A stretch of 43,162 nt of DNA, from positions 1 through 43,162 of the forward strand of contig JAWBTS010000001.1 in NCBI GenBank assembly GCA_039000375.1, read 5' to 3'. How positions within the stretch are numbered: position 1 is the stretch's first letter; every line of letters starts with the position of its first letter. A model generated the notes under the pieces. The model made no database searches and was not told the origin of the DNA. It saw only the letters and a program-made list of their open reading frames with translations. The DNA comes from Candidatus Aenigmatarchaeota archaeon. GTDB lineage: Archaea > Aenigmatarchaeota > Aenigmatarchaeia > GW2011-AR5 > JAHLMP01. This document shows positions 1 to 9,616 of the stretch, in pieces. Both the position numbers and the translations under genes were made by a program.

Positions 1-1
1 A

Positions 2-622
2 TTATATCAGTCATATGGATTTCCATTAGAGCTTATAAAAGAAATAGCAAAAGAAAGGAATATAGTTGTAGATGAAAAAGGATTTAAAGAAGAATATAAA
101 AAACATCAAGAAATAAGTAGAACTGCTTCAAAAGGAATGTTTAAGGGAGGTTTGCTAGATTCCAGCGAAATTTCAAAGAAGTATCATACTGCAACACACT
201 TGTTACATCAAGCTTTGAGAGACGTTTTGGGTAATCATGTAAGACAAATGGGAAGTAATATAACTCCAGAAAGGTTAAGATTTGATTTTACTCATGACAA
301 AAAGTTGACAAAAGAAGAAATAGAAATGATTGAAAAGATCGTTAACGAAAAGATAAGAGAAGGCTTAGAGGTAAAACGTATTGACATGCCATTAGAAGAA
401 GCTAAAAAGATAGGCGCATTAGGTTTTTTTGAAGATAAATATGGTGATATAGTCTCTGTTTATATGATAGGAGATTACTCAAAAGAAATCTGTGGAGGGC
501 CACACGTAGATAACACTTCTAAGTTGGGAGTTTTTAAAATAATAAAAGAAGAGGGTGTTGCAGCTGGGATAAGAAGAATAAAGGCAATTTTGATTCAAGA
601 GGAAGAATCTAACAAAAAATAG
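2..622 (+). CDS. alaS: Alanyl-tRNA synthetase, C-terminal part (5' end cut by window edge)
   Basis: Frame 2 is open from the window edge ([28 protein letters not shown], AlaRS mid-domain). It runs into the editing/tRNA-SAD domain with zinc motifs HxxxH (HTATHLLH) and CxxxH (CGGPH). The stop follows directly after this domain. Confidence 0.85.
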   Translation, partial: LYQSYGFPLELIKEIAKERNIVVDEKGFKEEYKKHQEISRTASKGMFKGGLLDSSEISKKYHTATHLLHQALRDVLGNHVRQMGSNITPERLRFDFTHDKKLTKEEIEMIEKIVNEKIREGLEVKRIDMPLEEAKKIGALGFFEDKYGDIVSVYMIGDYSKEICGGPHVDNTSKLGVFKIIKEEGVAAGIRRIKAILIQEEESNKK

Positions 623-627
623 AAAAA

Positions 628-927
628 TTATCCAAAAAGCGATGAAAGTGCTGCTGCAGCTTCTTCTGCCTTCTTTTCTACTTCCTCTTCCTTTTTCTCT
701 TCCTTTACTTCTTTAGTAGTTTGCGATGCTTCTGCACTAGCTGCTACAGGAAAACTTACATTTCTGATTGCTTCATCTATGTTAACTCCTTCTAACGCTG
801 CAACCAAAGCTTTTATTTGAGCTTCGTCAACATTTTCTTCTACAGCTTTTGCAATCTTTTTCAAATTTTCTTCATTTATCTCTTTTTTTGCCGAATGAAG
901 TAATAATGCTGCATATATCATATTCAT
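628..927 (-). CDS. rpl12: Ribosomal stalk protein P1 (aP1/L12e)
   Basis: [23 protein letters not shown]-terminal domain, Ala/Glu/Lys-rich hinge, and conserved C-terminal tail ending LSSLFG. The ORF track starts at a TTG (936); the first ATG at 927 is used here. Confidence 0.85.
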   Translation of the reverse strand: MNMIYAALLLHSAKKEINEENLKKIAKAVEENVDEAQIKALVAALEGVNIDEAIRNVSFPVAASAEASQTTKEVKEEKKEEEVEKKAEEAAAALSSLFG

Positions 928-1028
928 TTTTATCAACTCATGATAAGCGTTTATTACATCAAAAACATCGAAAATTTAAATACTTTTCTTTGATTAATAT
1001 AAAAGATAAAATTCTAAGATGAGTGAAA

Positions 1029-2066
1029 TTACAACTTAAGCTTTCTTCTTAACTTTACATAAATTCCATAATCGATATATTCTTTTCTGTTTAAGTAATA
1101 GCTTGTTAATGGAGCAAGATTTCTCTTTTCTTCTATCTTTTCTTTAACAATAATCGAGAATGAGTCAGAACCAGCTCCACTGCCATAGGAAGTTAGTAAT
1201 ATTCTTTCATTAGGTTTTGCGACATCTAAAACATTACAAAGTCCTAGAAGAGAAGAACCGGAATAAGTATTTCCTATATTTCTTACAATTTCCAAACTTT
1301 TTTCTAATTTTTCTTTAGGAATTCCTAGCTCTTTAGCGGCCTTTAAAGGAAATTTTCCATTAGGCATATGAAAAACTACATAGTCAAAGTCATTCGGAGT
1401 AAAGCCTGTAGCTTCAAAAAGATTTTTTGTAGCAGCTATTACATGTTTAAAATACGCTGGCTCTCCAGTAAACCTTCCTGCATGCTTAGGATAAAATTCT
1501 CCTTCTACTCTAAAAAAATCTGGAGTATCTGTAGCGAAGCTTGTAGTTGCTTCTATTTTGGCTAAAGCTTCTTTTTCATCCCCAAGTATAAATGCTGCAC
1601 CTCCAGAACCTGCGGTGAACTCTAAAGCATCACCCGGCCTCGATTGAGCACAGTCAGCGCCTATTGCCAAGCCATATCTTATCATTTCAGCTTTTATCAT
1701 TGCATAGCAAATTTGCATAGCAGCAGTCCCAGCTTTACACGCAAATTCTAGATCTGCACAAAATAGGTTTTGCGAAGCTCCTATTGCTTCAGCAATTGTA
1801 GTTCCACTTGGCTTTACAACATATGGATGCGACTCTGAACCAACAAATATAGCTGTAATTTCATTAGGATTTATCTGAGCTCTTTTCAGAGCATTTTTAG
1901 CAGCTTCTACTCCAATCGTTACAGTGTCTTCGTCTATATCAGCAACAGATTTTTCATTCACACCTAGTTGAGGAACCTCTCCTCCCCATATTCTTGCAAT
2001 CTCCTCCACTTTTATTCTATATTTTGGAATATAAGCTCCATAGCCTACTATTCCAACCTCTTTCAT
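1029..2066 (-). CDS. Hydroxymethylglutaryl-CoA synthase (archaeal type, thiolase-fold condensing enzyme)
   Basis: 345 aa. [14 protein letters not shown] start, catalytic Cys context ([11 protein letters not shown]), FHMPNGKF and SYGSGAGS motifs typical of archaeal HMGCS. GGTGG Shine-Dalgarno-like motif just upstream on the minus strand. Confidence 0.8.
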   Translation of the reverse strand: MKEVGIVGYGAYIPKYRIKVEEIARIWGGEVPQLGVNEKSVADIDEDTVTIGVEAAKNALKRAQINPNEITAIFVGSESHPYVVKPSGTTIAEAIGASQNLFCADLEFACKAGTAAMQICYAMIKAEMIRYGLAIGADCAQSRPGDALEFTAGSGGAAFILGDEKEALAKIEATTSFATDTPDFFRVEGEFYPKHAGRFTGEPAYFKHVIAATKNLFEATGFTPNDFDYVVFHMPNGKFPLKAAKELGIPKEKLEKSLEIVRNIGNTYSGSSLLGLCNVLDVAKPNERILLTSYGSGAGSDSFSIIVKEKIEEKRNLAPLTSYYLNRKEYIDYGIYVKLRRKLKL

Positions 2067-2307
2067 TTTCCCACCATTTAGTTTAGGTAGTTTTTAAGCA
2101 GTATGAGATAATGTTACTACAAAATAGAAATTAAATAATTTAAATATTTACCAACTAAAATTTACTTATTGACGAAATAAAATTCTACTGATTATAAGTT
2201 TTGGTGAATAGAGTAAGAATGAAACCTAGGTGTTTGATAACTATAGAGTAATAATTTTATATACAAAAAATAAACAACTTAAATTTAAGAATTATATTGA
2301 TAAAGAT

Positions 2308-3408
2308 ATGAAAAATCTTGAAATAAAAGAAAAAATGGCAATAGAATTTTTAAGAAACATAAAAGAAAAAGATATAATAACAACGATATTTCATAACGAC
2401 ACAGACGGTATTTGCAGCTGCGTTCTAATAAATAAATTTTTAAAAGAAAGGATAGGAAAACCGAGTGATATAATAATTTCGCAGCCGATGCCACTTACTA
2501 AAACATTAATACAAAGAATCAAACTATCGATCCCGACAAAAATAATAGTGTTAGATTTAGCTATAGATCAAGAGAAAAATCTATGTAGAAGATTGGAAGG
2601 AATAAGTGAAACTTTAGTAATAGATCATCATCAAATAACAAATATGATAAATTTCAAAAAAATTATATATTATAACCCTCTTATCGAAAAGGATGTTTAT
2701 CAATCTGCATCTTATCTAACATATAAGCTATGTTCAAAAATAATAGATATGAAAAATTATTTATGGATTTCCCTTATAGGAATAGCTGGAGATTATAATA
2801 TAAACGATTCTTTGGACTTGATAGAAGAAGGAAAAAATATTTACTCTGATCTTCTCCAGGAAGATGGAGAAAAAAGTTTCATCAATTCTATATTTGGTAG
2901 GGCTAGCGATATGATAACTGCAATGAGAGCTTCCCACATATCTTCAGAAAAGATCGCAAAAATTATAGAGAGTATGGAAAGCATAGTAGAAATAAATCAA
3001 AGAAGAGATATGATAGAATATTATGAAAAGGTACAGAGCGAAGTAGCAGGCATACTTGCAAGTGTAAAAAGTAATGCAGAAATAAATGAAAATATATTAT
3101 TTTATGAGATTAAATCAAAATATAATTTACGATCAGTAATTTCTACAAAGCTTTCAGAACTCTATACCAATAAGATAATATTCGTGTGGGAAGTAAGTAG
3201 AAACAAAGTAAAATTCTCAGTAAGAAATAAAAACAATAATATAGACCTAGCTAAGTTATTAAAAGAAGTTAGTAAAGATTTTAGAACAGCAATAACTGGT
3301 GGTCATAAGCTAGCTGCCGGCGGTTCAATAAGTATAGATGAGTTTAATTTATTTAAAGAAAAAATAAAGGAATTTATCTCGAGAGAAAATTTAGTAAAAT
3401 TAAGCTAA
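2308..3408 (+). CDS. DHH/DHHA1-family phosphoesterase (RecJ/NrnA-like)
   Basis: DHH motifs HNDTDGICS and IDHHQ, and DHHA1 motif GGHKLAAGG near the C-terminus. The ORF track starts at a GTG (2230); the first ATG (MKNLEIKEK) at 2308 is preferred. Confidence 0.7.
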   Translation: MKNLEIKEKMAIEFLRNIKEKDIITTIFHNDTDGICSCVLINKFLKERIGKPSDIIISQPMPLTKTLIQRIKLSIPTKIIVLDLAIDQEKNLCRRLEGISETLVIDHHQITNMINFKKIIYYNPLIEKDVYQSASYLTYKLCSKIIDMKNYLWISLIGIAGDYNINDSLDLIEEGKNIYSDLLQEDGEKSFINSIFGRASDMITAMRASHISSEKIAKIIESMESIVEINQRRDMIEYYEKVQSEVAGILASVKSNAEINENILFYEIKSKYNLRSVISTKLSELYTNKIIFVWEVSRNKVKFSVRNKNNNIDLAKLLKEVSKDFRTAITGGHKLAAGGSISIDEFNLFKEKIKEFISRENLVKLS

Positions 3409-3454
3409 AAGTTTTAACACAAATAGTTTTAATACAAATACCGCTTAAATAAAT

Positions 3455-4138
3455 TTACTCTTTATTTTTTATACCAACAACTAAAGCATGAGACTCTTCA
3501 TAAGGTTCTAGATTTACCATTTCTAAGATTTTATATCCGCTTTCTTCAAGTTTGTTTTTTTCATTTCTATATATAATTTCTGGATCTTTTGTAACATCTA
3601 TACTTCTCGATTTTATTGCTATAATTAGATATCCGCCTTTCTTAAGAAATATATCAGCATTTCTAATCGCAATTTCTATTTCGTCTGGTTGTGCTATATC
3701 ACAATAAACTATATCAACCTCTTCAACCCAGAAGTAATTGTTAGGTAATCTTGCGTCAGCAAATATAGGAACAATGTTTTCTCTTTTTTTAGCTAAATCT
3801 AAGAAGGAGTAAAACACACGTTCCGCAAACTCTACGCCGTATATTATTCCATCGCTACTTATTATATCGCTTATATGGGAGCAAGTTGTTCCAGTAGAAA
3901 CACCCAAATATAAAATTTTACAACCTTTCTTAAAAGGAAAAGTTTTTAATCCATTTAGTATTGCTGCAGCTATTTTGCTTCTATATGGATCCCACTCTCT
4001 TAATTCTTCTGAGCTTTTTGTCACGTATTTAGTATAAAGTTTTTTTTCTTCATTATCAAAAAACACATTCTCAAATAATTCTATCAATCTTTTATCTTCT
4101 TTTTTATTTTTTTCTTTTACGCTTTCTTTCTTATCCAT
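3455..4138 (-). CDS. flpA: Fibrillarin-like rRNA/tRNA 2'-O-methyltransferase
   Basis: 227 aa. WDPYRSKIAAAI and SAM-binding KILYLGVSTGTTCSHISDI. Overlaps the upstream Nop5 gene by 8 nt (operon). Confidence 0.9.
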   Translation of the reverse strand: MDKKESVKEKNKKEDKRLIELFENVFFDNEEKKLYTKYVTKSSEELREWDPYRSKIAAAILNGLKTFPFKKGCKILYLGVSTGTTCSHISDIISSDGIIYGVEFAERVFYSFLDLAKKRENIVPIFADARLPNNYFWVEEVDIVYCDIAQPDEIEIAIRNADIFLKKGGYLIIAIKSRSIDVTKDPEIIYRNEKNKLEESGYKILEMVNLEPYEESHALVVGIKNKE

Positions 4139-5084
4139 TCTTTATCACTTTTGATATTTCTTCCTCCAATTCTTTTTTTAATCTTTCTCTTTCATCCCTT
4201 TGAGAATAGAAATCTATTTTTATTGCAAGAGATATCTTCGATGCTAAAATTCTTGCAATCTTTCCTCTATATTCTTTGGGAGCATTTTTTATATAAGGTG
4301 AATGATATATTATTCCATGTTTTGGAGGCTTTATCTTTTCACGATTTTTCAAATGTCTAAACAAAGCTTTTTCACTTCCTAATAACTGAATAGTCGAAGC
4401 ACTCATCCTTGCAAGATTTTTTAAAGAGCCAGCATGGGAAAGAAGCATTAACGCTATTTCTTCTCCGACCAAATAAGATAAATTTGGAGCAATATAATTT
4501 ATTTCTTCTTTTACATGGTTTTCAATTTTCTCTTTTACATTTTTGTAAAAATTTAAAAAATCTTCTAATTTACTTATTAATTCTTTATCTTTTTCACTAA
4601 TTTTTATTCCAAATTCTTCTTCTGATCTCGAACTTTTAATTTTGTTTAAAATCCTTTCTAGCTCTTCGTCACTCAACTTTGTAGTAGGGCTATAAAGCCA
4701 ACATAGTTCTTTGAATCTTTCTTTAAATGGTTGATAAAATTTTTCTAATGTTGTTAAAATATCATAAGCTCTTATTATTATTTTCTCTCTTTCTATTTTC
4801 ATTCTACTCTCGCTAAATTTTATTCCAAATTCTATTACGATCTTATTAAACTCTTTATCATCTTTAACTAGATTTTTTTCAATGGCGATTCTTCTAATAT
4901 TTTTTCTTCCGATACTTTTTGCAACGTCATTTTCTATAATCTCGTATCCAATATTTTTCAATTCATTTAAAACCTCATTTTTATCTGTTTTAAAATCCCT
5001 GAACAGTATTAATGAACCATTCTCATCAAGGGCAATATAACCAATAGGAAATAAGGCAAGGTAAGCTATTTTTTTATTTTTCAT
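4131..5084 (-). CDS. nop5: Nop5 (Nop56/58) C/D box sRNP core protein
   Basis: NOSIC/Nop domain signature HAGSLKNLARMSASTIQLLGSEKALFRHL...PKHGIIYHSPYI. Classic nop5-flpA gene pair. Confidence 0.85.
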   Translation of the reverse strand: MKNKKIAYLALFPIGYIALDENGSLILFRDFKTDKNEVLNELKNIGYEIIENDVAKSIGRKNIRRIAIEKNLVKDDKEFNKIVIEFGIKFSESRMKIEREKIIIRAYDILTTLEKFYQPFKERFKELCWLYSPTTKLSDEELERILNKIKSSRSEEEFGIKISEKDKELISKLEDFLNFYKNVKEKIENHVKEEINYIAPNLSYLVGEEIALMLLSHAGSLKNLARMSASTIQLLGSEKALFRHLKNREKIKPPKHGIIYHSPYIKNAPKEYRGKIARILASKISLAIKIDFYSQRDERERLKKELEEEISKVIKNG

Positions 5085-5161
5085 AAAGATTAAAATCTAA
5101 TTAATTGTTTTATTGTTATCGGTAAATATTTATTTTGCCTATTTGATAAATTTTAAGATAA

Positions 5162-5169
5162 TTTAAATA
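5162..5169 (+). promoter_or_regulatory. TATA-box-like element upstream of rps17e
   Basis: TTTAAATA matches the archaeal TTTAWATA consensus, about 40 nt upstream of the ATG at 5208. A GTGAT Shine-Dalgarno-like motif lies at 5197-5201. Confidence 0.35.
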
Positions 5170-5207
5170 TTTAATTGCGGTAGAAATTTTTATTTTAGTG
5201 ATCAAAA

Positions 5208-5414
5208 ATGGGAAGAATAAGATCTAAAGAAGTTAAAATGTTAGCTTTTCAATTGCTAGCAACAGGAAAATTTACAGATAACTTTGAAAAAAATAAGATT
5301 TTGTTAAACGAGATTAAGCTTTCGTTAACAAAAAGAATGAGAAATAAGGTTGCAGGATATATAACTAGATTAGTTAAGAATGCTCAAAAGCCAAAAGTTG
5401 AGACAAAAGAATAA
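5208..5414 (+). CDS. rps17e: Ribosomal protein eS17
   Basis: 68 aa, MGRIRSKEVKMLAFQLL... resembles the conserved eS17 N-terminus (MGRVRTK-type). Confidence 0.85.
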   Translation: MGRIRSKEVKMLAFQLLATGKFTDNFEKNKILLNEIKLSLTKRMRNKVAGYITRLVKNAQKPKVETKE

Positions 5415-5489
5415 ATAGGATCTCATTTTCTCAGACGTTATGGATAATCAACTTCAATAGATTTTTTATTATTCGGTAAAACAAAAAGC

Positions 5490-5497
5490 TTTATATA
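5490..5497 (+). promoter_or_regulatory. TATA-box-like element upstream of the LTD-domain gene
   Basis: TTTATATA lies at -34 to -27 relative to the ATG at 5524, a spacing compatible with a leaderless or very short-leader transcript. Confidence 0.4.
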
Positions 5498-5523
5498 CAA
5501 AAACAAATATTAATTTAAAAATT

Positions 5524-6501
5524 ATGAGAGTTGCATTTATGCTTGCTAGTATAATAGCAAGCTTAGTGACAATTCCATTTATTTCTCAGCAATTAGATAA
5601 TAGCTATACGCCAACAGGGGCACTACTTTTGAATATTAATACAAGTGATGTATATGAAATACCAGGATATACAAAAAGCTTCGAAGGTCCAGAAAGAATA
5701 GAAAGAGAAATTCAAACACCATATGGAAAGTTTTATTTCTATATAAGTAGCGATGAAGTATTCCAAAAGCTTAGTAAAGGTGATAGCGAGATTATTGTAA
5801 AAAGTTCATCAAATTCTACGGAGTGGAGTATAAAAAATTCTGATATACTACTTTATGTTATTAAAACTCCTTCGAAAATTGTTGAGAGATGCGAATCAAA
5901 AAATGGTTATATAGAGCGTAGCATAGAGCTTGGTTCTATAAGCGAGAAGTACTATGGATTGCATTTTGATGATATGAATAAAAGCTGCGAAAAGACTAAA
6001 ACTATTTTACAATCTGAAGTAGAGAGAATGGAAGGAATGAAAAAACAAATGTTAAATATTCCACCAAAGGTTGTAATAAATGAATTTTTCATAAAGAGAA
6101 ACGAAAGCAACTACACCTATGAGCAATGGGTAGAATTGTATAACAACGAAGTTTTTAGCGTAAATCTAAGCACATGGAAATTAGAAACAAAGAAAAGTGA
6201 AAGCAACACAACTTATTATTGCGATCTCAATGGAATAACAATAGAAGCAAAAGGTTATGTAGTAATAAATTGTACAGATAAACTTGGATTAACAAAAGGA
6301 ATTATAATGCTTAAGAAAGATGATACAATAGTAGATCAGGTAACTTATGGAAGCTTTGACGATGGAATAAAAAGCGATAACGCTCCTAAACCAAGCGAAG
6401 ATAGAGCTGTAGGAAGATGTCCAAATGGAAGCGATAGCGATGTAGATATACTAGATTTTAAGGAAATGACTCCAACACCAGGAGACGAAAACATTTGTTG
6501 A
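5524..6501 (+). CDS. Membrane-anchored/secreted protein with C-terminal lamin-tail-domain (LTD)-like module
   Basis: Hydrophobic N-terminus (MRVAFMLASIIASLVTIPFI). The C-terminal region VVINEF...EQWVELYNNEVFSVNLSTWKL matches the LTD signature (INE...EWVELYN...L.GW.L). Several N-X-S/T sequons. Confidence 0.6.
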   Translation: MRVAFMLASIIASLVTIPFISQQLDNSYTPTGALLLNINTSDVYEIPGYTKSFEGPERIEREIQTPYGKFYFYISSDEVFQKLSKGDSEIIVKSSSNSTEWSIKNSDILLYVIKTPSKIVERCESKNGYIERSIELGSISEKYYGLHFDDMNKSCEKTKTILQSEVERMEGMKKQMLNIPPKVVINEFFIKRNESNYTYEQWVELYNNEVFSVNLSTWKLETKKSESNTTYYCDLNGITIEAKGYVVINCTDKLGLTKGIIMLKKDDTIVDQVTYGSFDDGIKSDNAPKPSEDRAVGRCPNGSDSDVDILDFKEMTPTPGDENIC

Positions 6502-6568
6502 ATTTCTATTTTCGTATTTTTTATTTTTATCAAAATTTTATATTTCTAATTTAAGAACATAAAAACTC

Positions 6569-7555
6569 TCAAAATAACAAATTCATAAAATATCCGAATA
6601 TTATACCAAAGATAATTGTCAAAGGTAATGTTAAAATCCAAGATATGAGAATTTCTGTTACTATTTCCCATCTAACACCAGAAATCCTTCTCGCAGCTCC
6701 AACACCAAATACTGAACTAGCATCTACATGAGTAGTAGAGACAGGAATACCAAATTGAGAAGCTAGTTGCAAAACATTTGCACCAGAGAAGTCTGAAATA
6801 AATCCTTGTTCAGGCGTTAGTTTTGTAATTCTCATTCCTAATGTTTTTATTATTCTCCATCCTCCATAAGCAACGCCAAGACCAGCAACTATCCCAACGC
6901 TTATTATTACCCAATACGGCACTATAACTTCTTTCCATCCATAATAAAGCATAAGAAGCATGAGTAACATTCCCATTGGTTTTTGGGCATCATTTCTTCC
7001 ATGACTAAATGAGAAATATGCGCTTGCAATTCTTTGAAGATTTATAAATATATATTTCATTTTCTTGGCAGGAAAGGATTGAAAGAGAAAATACACAGAT
7101 TTCATCATAATATAACCTCCTACGAACCCCAATACTGGAGCAATGATTATAGCCAAGAGAATTGGAATTAGCCCACGATAGTTTATAACATTAATATTTC
7201 TAGAAATTGCTAAGGAAGCTCCAATAAGAGCTCCGATCAATCCGTGTGTTTCACTTACAGGAATTCCAAATTTGTAACATATCAAACTCCAAGTTAAACA
7301 TCCAAGAATGGCTGAGGGCACTGTCACTAAGGAAATCATTTCAATAGAAACAATTCCTTTACCTATTGTTATTGCCACAGCAGTTCCTGTTAAAGCACCA
7401 ATAATTTCCATAATACTGGCAATAATTATTGCTTGTGTTGGAGAAAGAGACCTTGAACCTATTGCAGAGGCTATTGCTTGTGCAGCATCTGTAAAACCAG
7501 AAACGAATGCATATAAATAAATTAAAATTGCAGAAAACAAAAATAAAAAGTCCAT
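6569..7555 (-). CDS. Inorganic phosphate transporter, PiT (PHO4) family
   Basis: Polytopic membrane protein with duplicated PiT signatures GFTDAAQAIASAIGSR and HGRNDAQK. The ORF track starts at a GTG (7564); the ATG at 7555 is used. Confidence 0.8.
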   Translation of the reverse strand: MDFLFLFSAILIYLYAFVSGFTDAAQAIASAIGSRSLSPTQAIIIASIMEIIGALTGTAVAITIGKGIVSIEMISLVTVPSAILGCLTWSLICYKFGIPVSETHGLIGALIGASLAISRNINVINYRGLIPILLAIIIAPVLGFVGGYIMMKSVYFLFQSFPAKKMKYIFINLQRIASAYFSFSHGRNDAQKPMGMLLMLLMLYYGWKEVIVPYWVIISVGIVAGLGVAYGGWRIIKTLGMRITKLTPEQGFISDFSGANVLQLASQFGIPVSTTHVDASSVFGVGAARRISGVRWEIVTEILISWILTLPLTIIFGIIFGYFMNLLF

Positions 7556-7573
7556 AGTGATCACTGAAAAAAG

Positions 7574-8209
7574 CTAACTATACTTTATTCTAAGCGTACT
7601 AAATATAATGGCAAAATTCTCACATTTGTCCATAGTGTCTTCAAGCAATTGAAATATTTCTTTCCATTTCATTATTAAAAGTAAATTTCTTTTTGCAAAA
7701 GATGTTGTACCATTCATCAATTTTTTCAATATATCTCTATGTAGAATATCTCCTTTGTTTTCTAGTTCATGCAATTTTTCTATAATTATAATAAAATCTT
7801 TAGATTGAAATTTTCTCTCAGTTAAAATTAAAATACCTTTATGGATATTTTCAAAAGCTTCTTTAAGCAGATTAAAGAATTTGTTAAGTGCTTCATTGCT
7901 ACTTCTAATATTAAATATATAAAGACGATTTGCAATATGTTCCAAATTATCTATTATATCATCAAGGCTTTCAGTTAGAATTTTTATATCTTCTTTGTCT
8001 AAAGGCAGAATGAATATTTTTTCTATCTCTTCTGTTATATAATGAACAATATCATCTGCTTCACTTTCAATTCTTTTTAATTCTTTCCATCCGCTTTTTA
8101 TATTTCTTATATCTTTTAATATATCTTGAAAAGTTTTGCTAGACTCCTCTATAAGTAGTGATTGTTTTACTAAACCTTGAAATATTTTATTATTTTTTCT
8201 AACAAACAT
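7574..8209 (-). CDS. DUF47/PhoU-like putative phosphate transport regulator
   Basis: 211 aa, all-helical and charged. Lies immediately upstream of, and co-oriented with, the PiT gene, which is the usual PiT-DUF47 pairing. Confidence 0.65.
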   Translation of the reverse strand: MFVRKNNKIFQGLVKQSLLIEESSKTFQDILKDIRNIKSGWKELKRIESEADDIVHYITEEIEKIFILPLDKEDIKILTESLDDIIDNLEHIANRLYIFNIRSSNEALNKFFNLLKEAFENIHKGILILTERKFQSKDFIIIIEKLHELENKGDILHRDILKKLMNGTTSFAKRNLLLIMKWKEIFQLLEDTMDKCENFAIIFSTLRIKYS

Positions 8210-8232
8210 GGGAATATAAAATTATTTTGTCT

Positions 8233-9396
8233 TTAAAATCCAGCAAGCTTGAAACCAAGTTTTAATAAGGTTTTAACAAGCTTCAAATAATTTCCATGAG
8301 TAATATCATAAATGTCTTCGCCTTCCAATGCTTCGGCAAGCTTGTTTAATTGATCATCGCTAAGTTTTTCAACAATCTCACGAAGTTTTTCTATCTTTTT
8401 TAAGGTATTGCCACGGGACTTGTACCAAAGAGTATTATATTCTTTCAATATTTTTAAATCATTTTTATCTAATGCTTTCTTTATAACCTTTGCTGCTATC
8501 TCGCTTGCTGTCATAGCTTCTCCTATGCCGCCACCATGAATAGGATTTACTTGATGAGCAGCATCTCCAACTAATAATACATTTTCTTTAACCATATCTC
8601 TTAAGAATCCTCCAACCGGAATTGCACCACCTTTAACTTCTATTATACTACCTTTTCTCAATTCTTCACGTGAGGCTATAAATTTATCAAGATAATATCT
8701 CGCTCCTTTTTCGTTAGAGCCAACTATTCCGACGCCAACATTTGCTCTATTCTTTCCTTTTGGGAAAATCCAAACATATCCTCGAGGTGCCACTTCACTA
8801 CCAAGAAATATTTCAAGCTTTTTTTCATCTCTAAGCTTTATGTTTGCAAGTTCATATTCAAAACCAGAGTCAACTAAAAAAGGCGAGCAGGTAGTATTTA
8901 TTCCTGCCTTTTTTGCAATCATAGATTCTACTCCATCAGCTCCAACTATTATTTTTCCCTTTATCTCCATATCCTCTCCAACAATATTTGCTTTTATTCC
9001 AGTTATTTTTCCCTTCTCTTTTATCAAATCGTAAACATAAGACTTGGCTAGTATTTTTGCTCCCGCGTTTGAAGCTTCTATTGCTAACCATTTATCAAAC
9101 ATCTTTCTCTCCAAAACATATCCAAATCCTTTTACCTCTACAAATTTACCATTAGGTGCATAAATAAATGCGCCATCAATTTTTTGAGCGATGCAGAATG
9201 ATGGAAGTTTTAGATTCAATCTCTCTTCTATAGTTTTAGAAAACCCTTCTCCACATCTTACAGGAGTTCCTATCTCTTCGTTCCTATCTAATACAATAAC
9301 GTTCACTCCACTTTCTGCTAACCTTTTGGCGCACCAAGCTCCGGCCGGTCCGCAACCCACAATAATTACGTCCACTTCTTTATCTATTTTTATCAT
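8233..9396 (-). CDS. Geranylgeranyl reductase family flavoprotein (digeranylgeranylglycerophospholipid reductase-like)
   Basis: FAD fold VDVIIVGCGPAGAWCAKRLAESGVNVIVLDR and GDAAHQVNPIHGGGIGEAM. The start codon abuts the stop of the upstream ferredoxin. Confidence 0.8.
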   Translation of the reverse strand: MIKIDKEVDVIIVGCGPAGAWCAKRLAESGVNVIVLDRNEEIGTPVRCGEGFSKTIEERLNLKLPSFCIAQKIDGAFIYAPNGKFVEVKGFGYVLERKMFDKWLAIEASNAGAKILAKSYVYDLIKEKGKITGIKANIVGEDMEIKGKIIVGADGVESMIAKKAGINTTCSPFLVDSGFEYELANIKLRDEKKLEIFLGSEVAPRGYVWIFPKGKNRANVGVGIVGSNEKGARYYLDKFIASREELRKGSIIEVKGGAIPVGGFLRDMVKENVLLVGDAAHQVNPIHGGGIGEAMTASEIAAKVIKKALDKNDLKILKEYNTLWYKSRGNTLKKIEKLREIVEKLSDDQLNKLAEALEGEDIYDITHGNYLKLVKTLLKLGFKLAGF

Positions 9397-9582
9397 TTAA
9401 GCCCACCTAATAGCTTTTACAGGGCAGAAATTCGAGCATATTTTGCAACGCGTGCAACGATTTTCTATCCACTTAGGGCCTTCTTTGCTATACTCTAATG
9501 CTTGAACTGGACAAACTGCTACACAACCAAAGCAACGAATACATTTGTTTCTATCTATTAGGAGAATTTTTTCACTTGCCAT
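9397..9582 (-). CDS. 4Fe-4S ferredoxin (two Cys clusters), likely redox partner of the reductase
   Basis: 61 aa with CIRCFGCVAVCP and CTRCKICSNFCP motifs. Contiguous with the reductase gene. Confidence 0.75.
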   Translation of the reverse strand: MASEKILLIDRNKCIRCFGCVAVCPVQALEYSKEGPKWIENRCTRCKICSNFCPVKAIRWA

Positions 9583-9586
9583 TAAC

Positions 9587-9594
9587 TTTTATTT
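9587..9594 (+). promoter_or_regulatory. TATA-like element for bud32 (leaderless spacing)
   Basis: TTTTATTT at -30 to -23 from the ATG at 9617. Confidence 0.3.
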
Positions 9595-9604
9595 CTTTTT
9601 AAAA

Positions 9605-9612
9605 TATTTAAA
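9605..9612 (-). promoter_or_regulatory. TATA box for the ferredoxin/reductase operon (leaderless spacing)
   Basis: The minus strand reads TTTAAATA (consensus TTTAWATA) at -30 to -23 from the ferredoxin ATG at 9582. Confidence 0.45.
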
Positions 9613-9616
9613 AATT

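Noticed and set aside
1368-9400. Short antisense ORFs in the track (1368-1565, 2285-2494, 4151-4360, 4409-4600, 6345-6533, 7308-7520, 8840-9034, 9191-9400)
   Set aside because: Each lies wholly inside, and antisense to, a gene with clear family motifs (HMGCS, DHH, Nop5, the LTD protein, PiT, the reductase).
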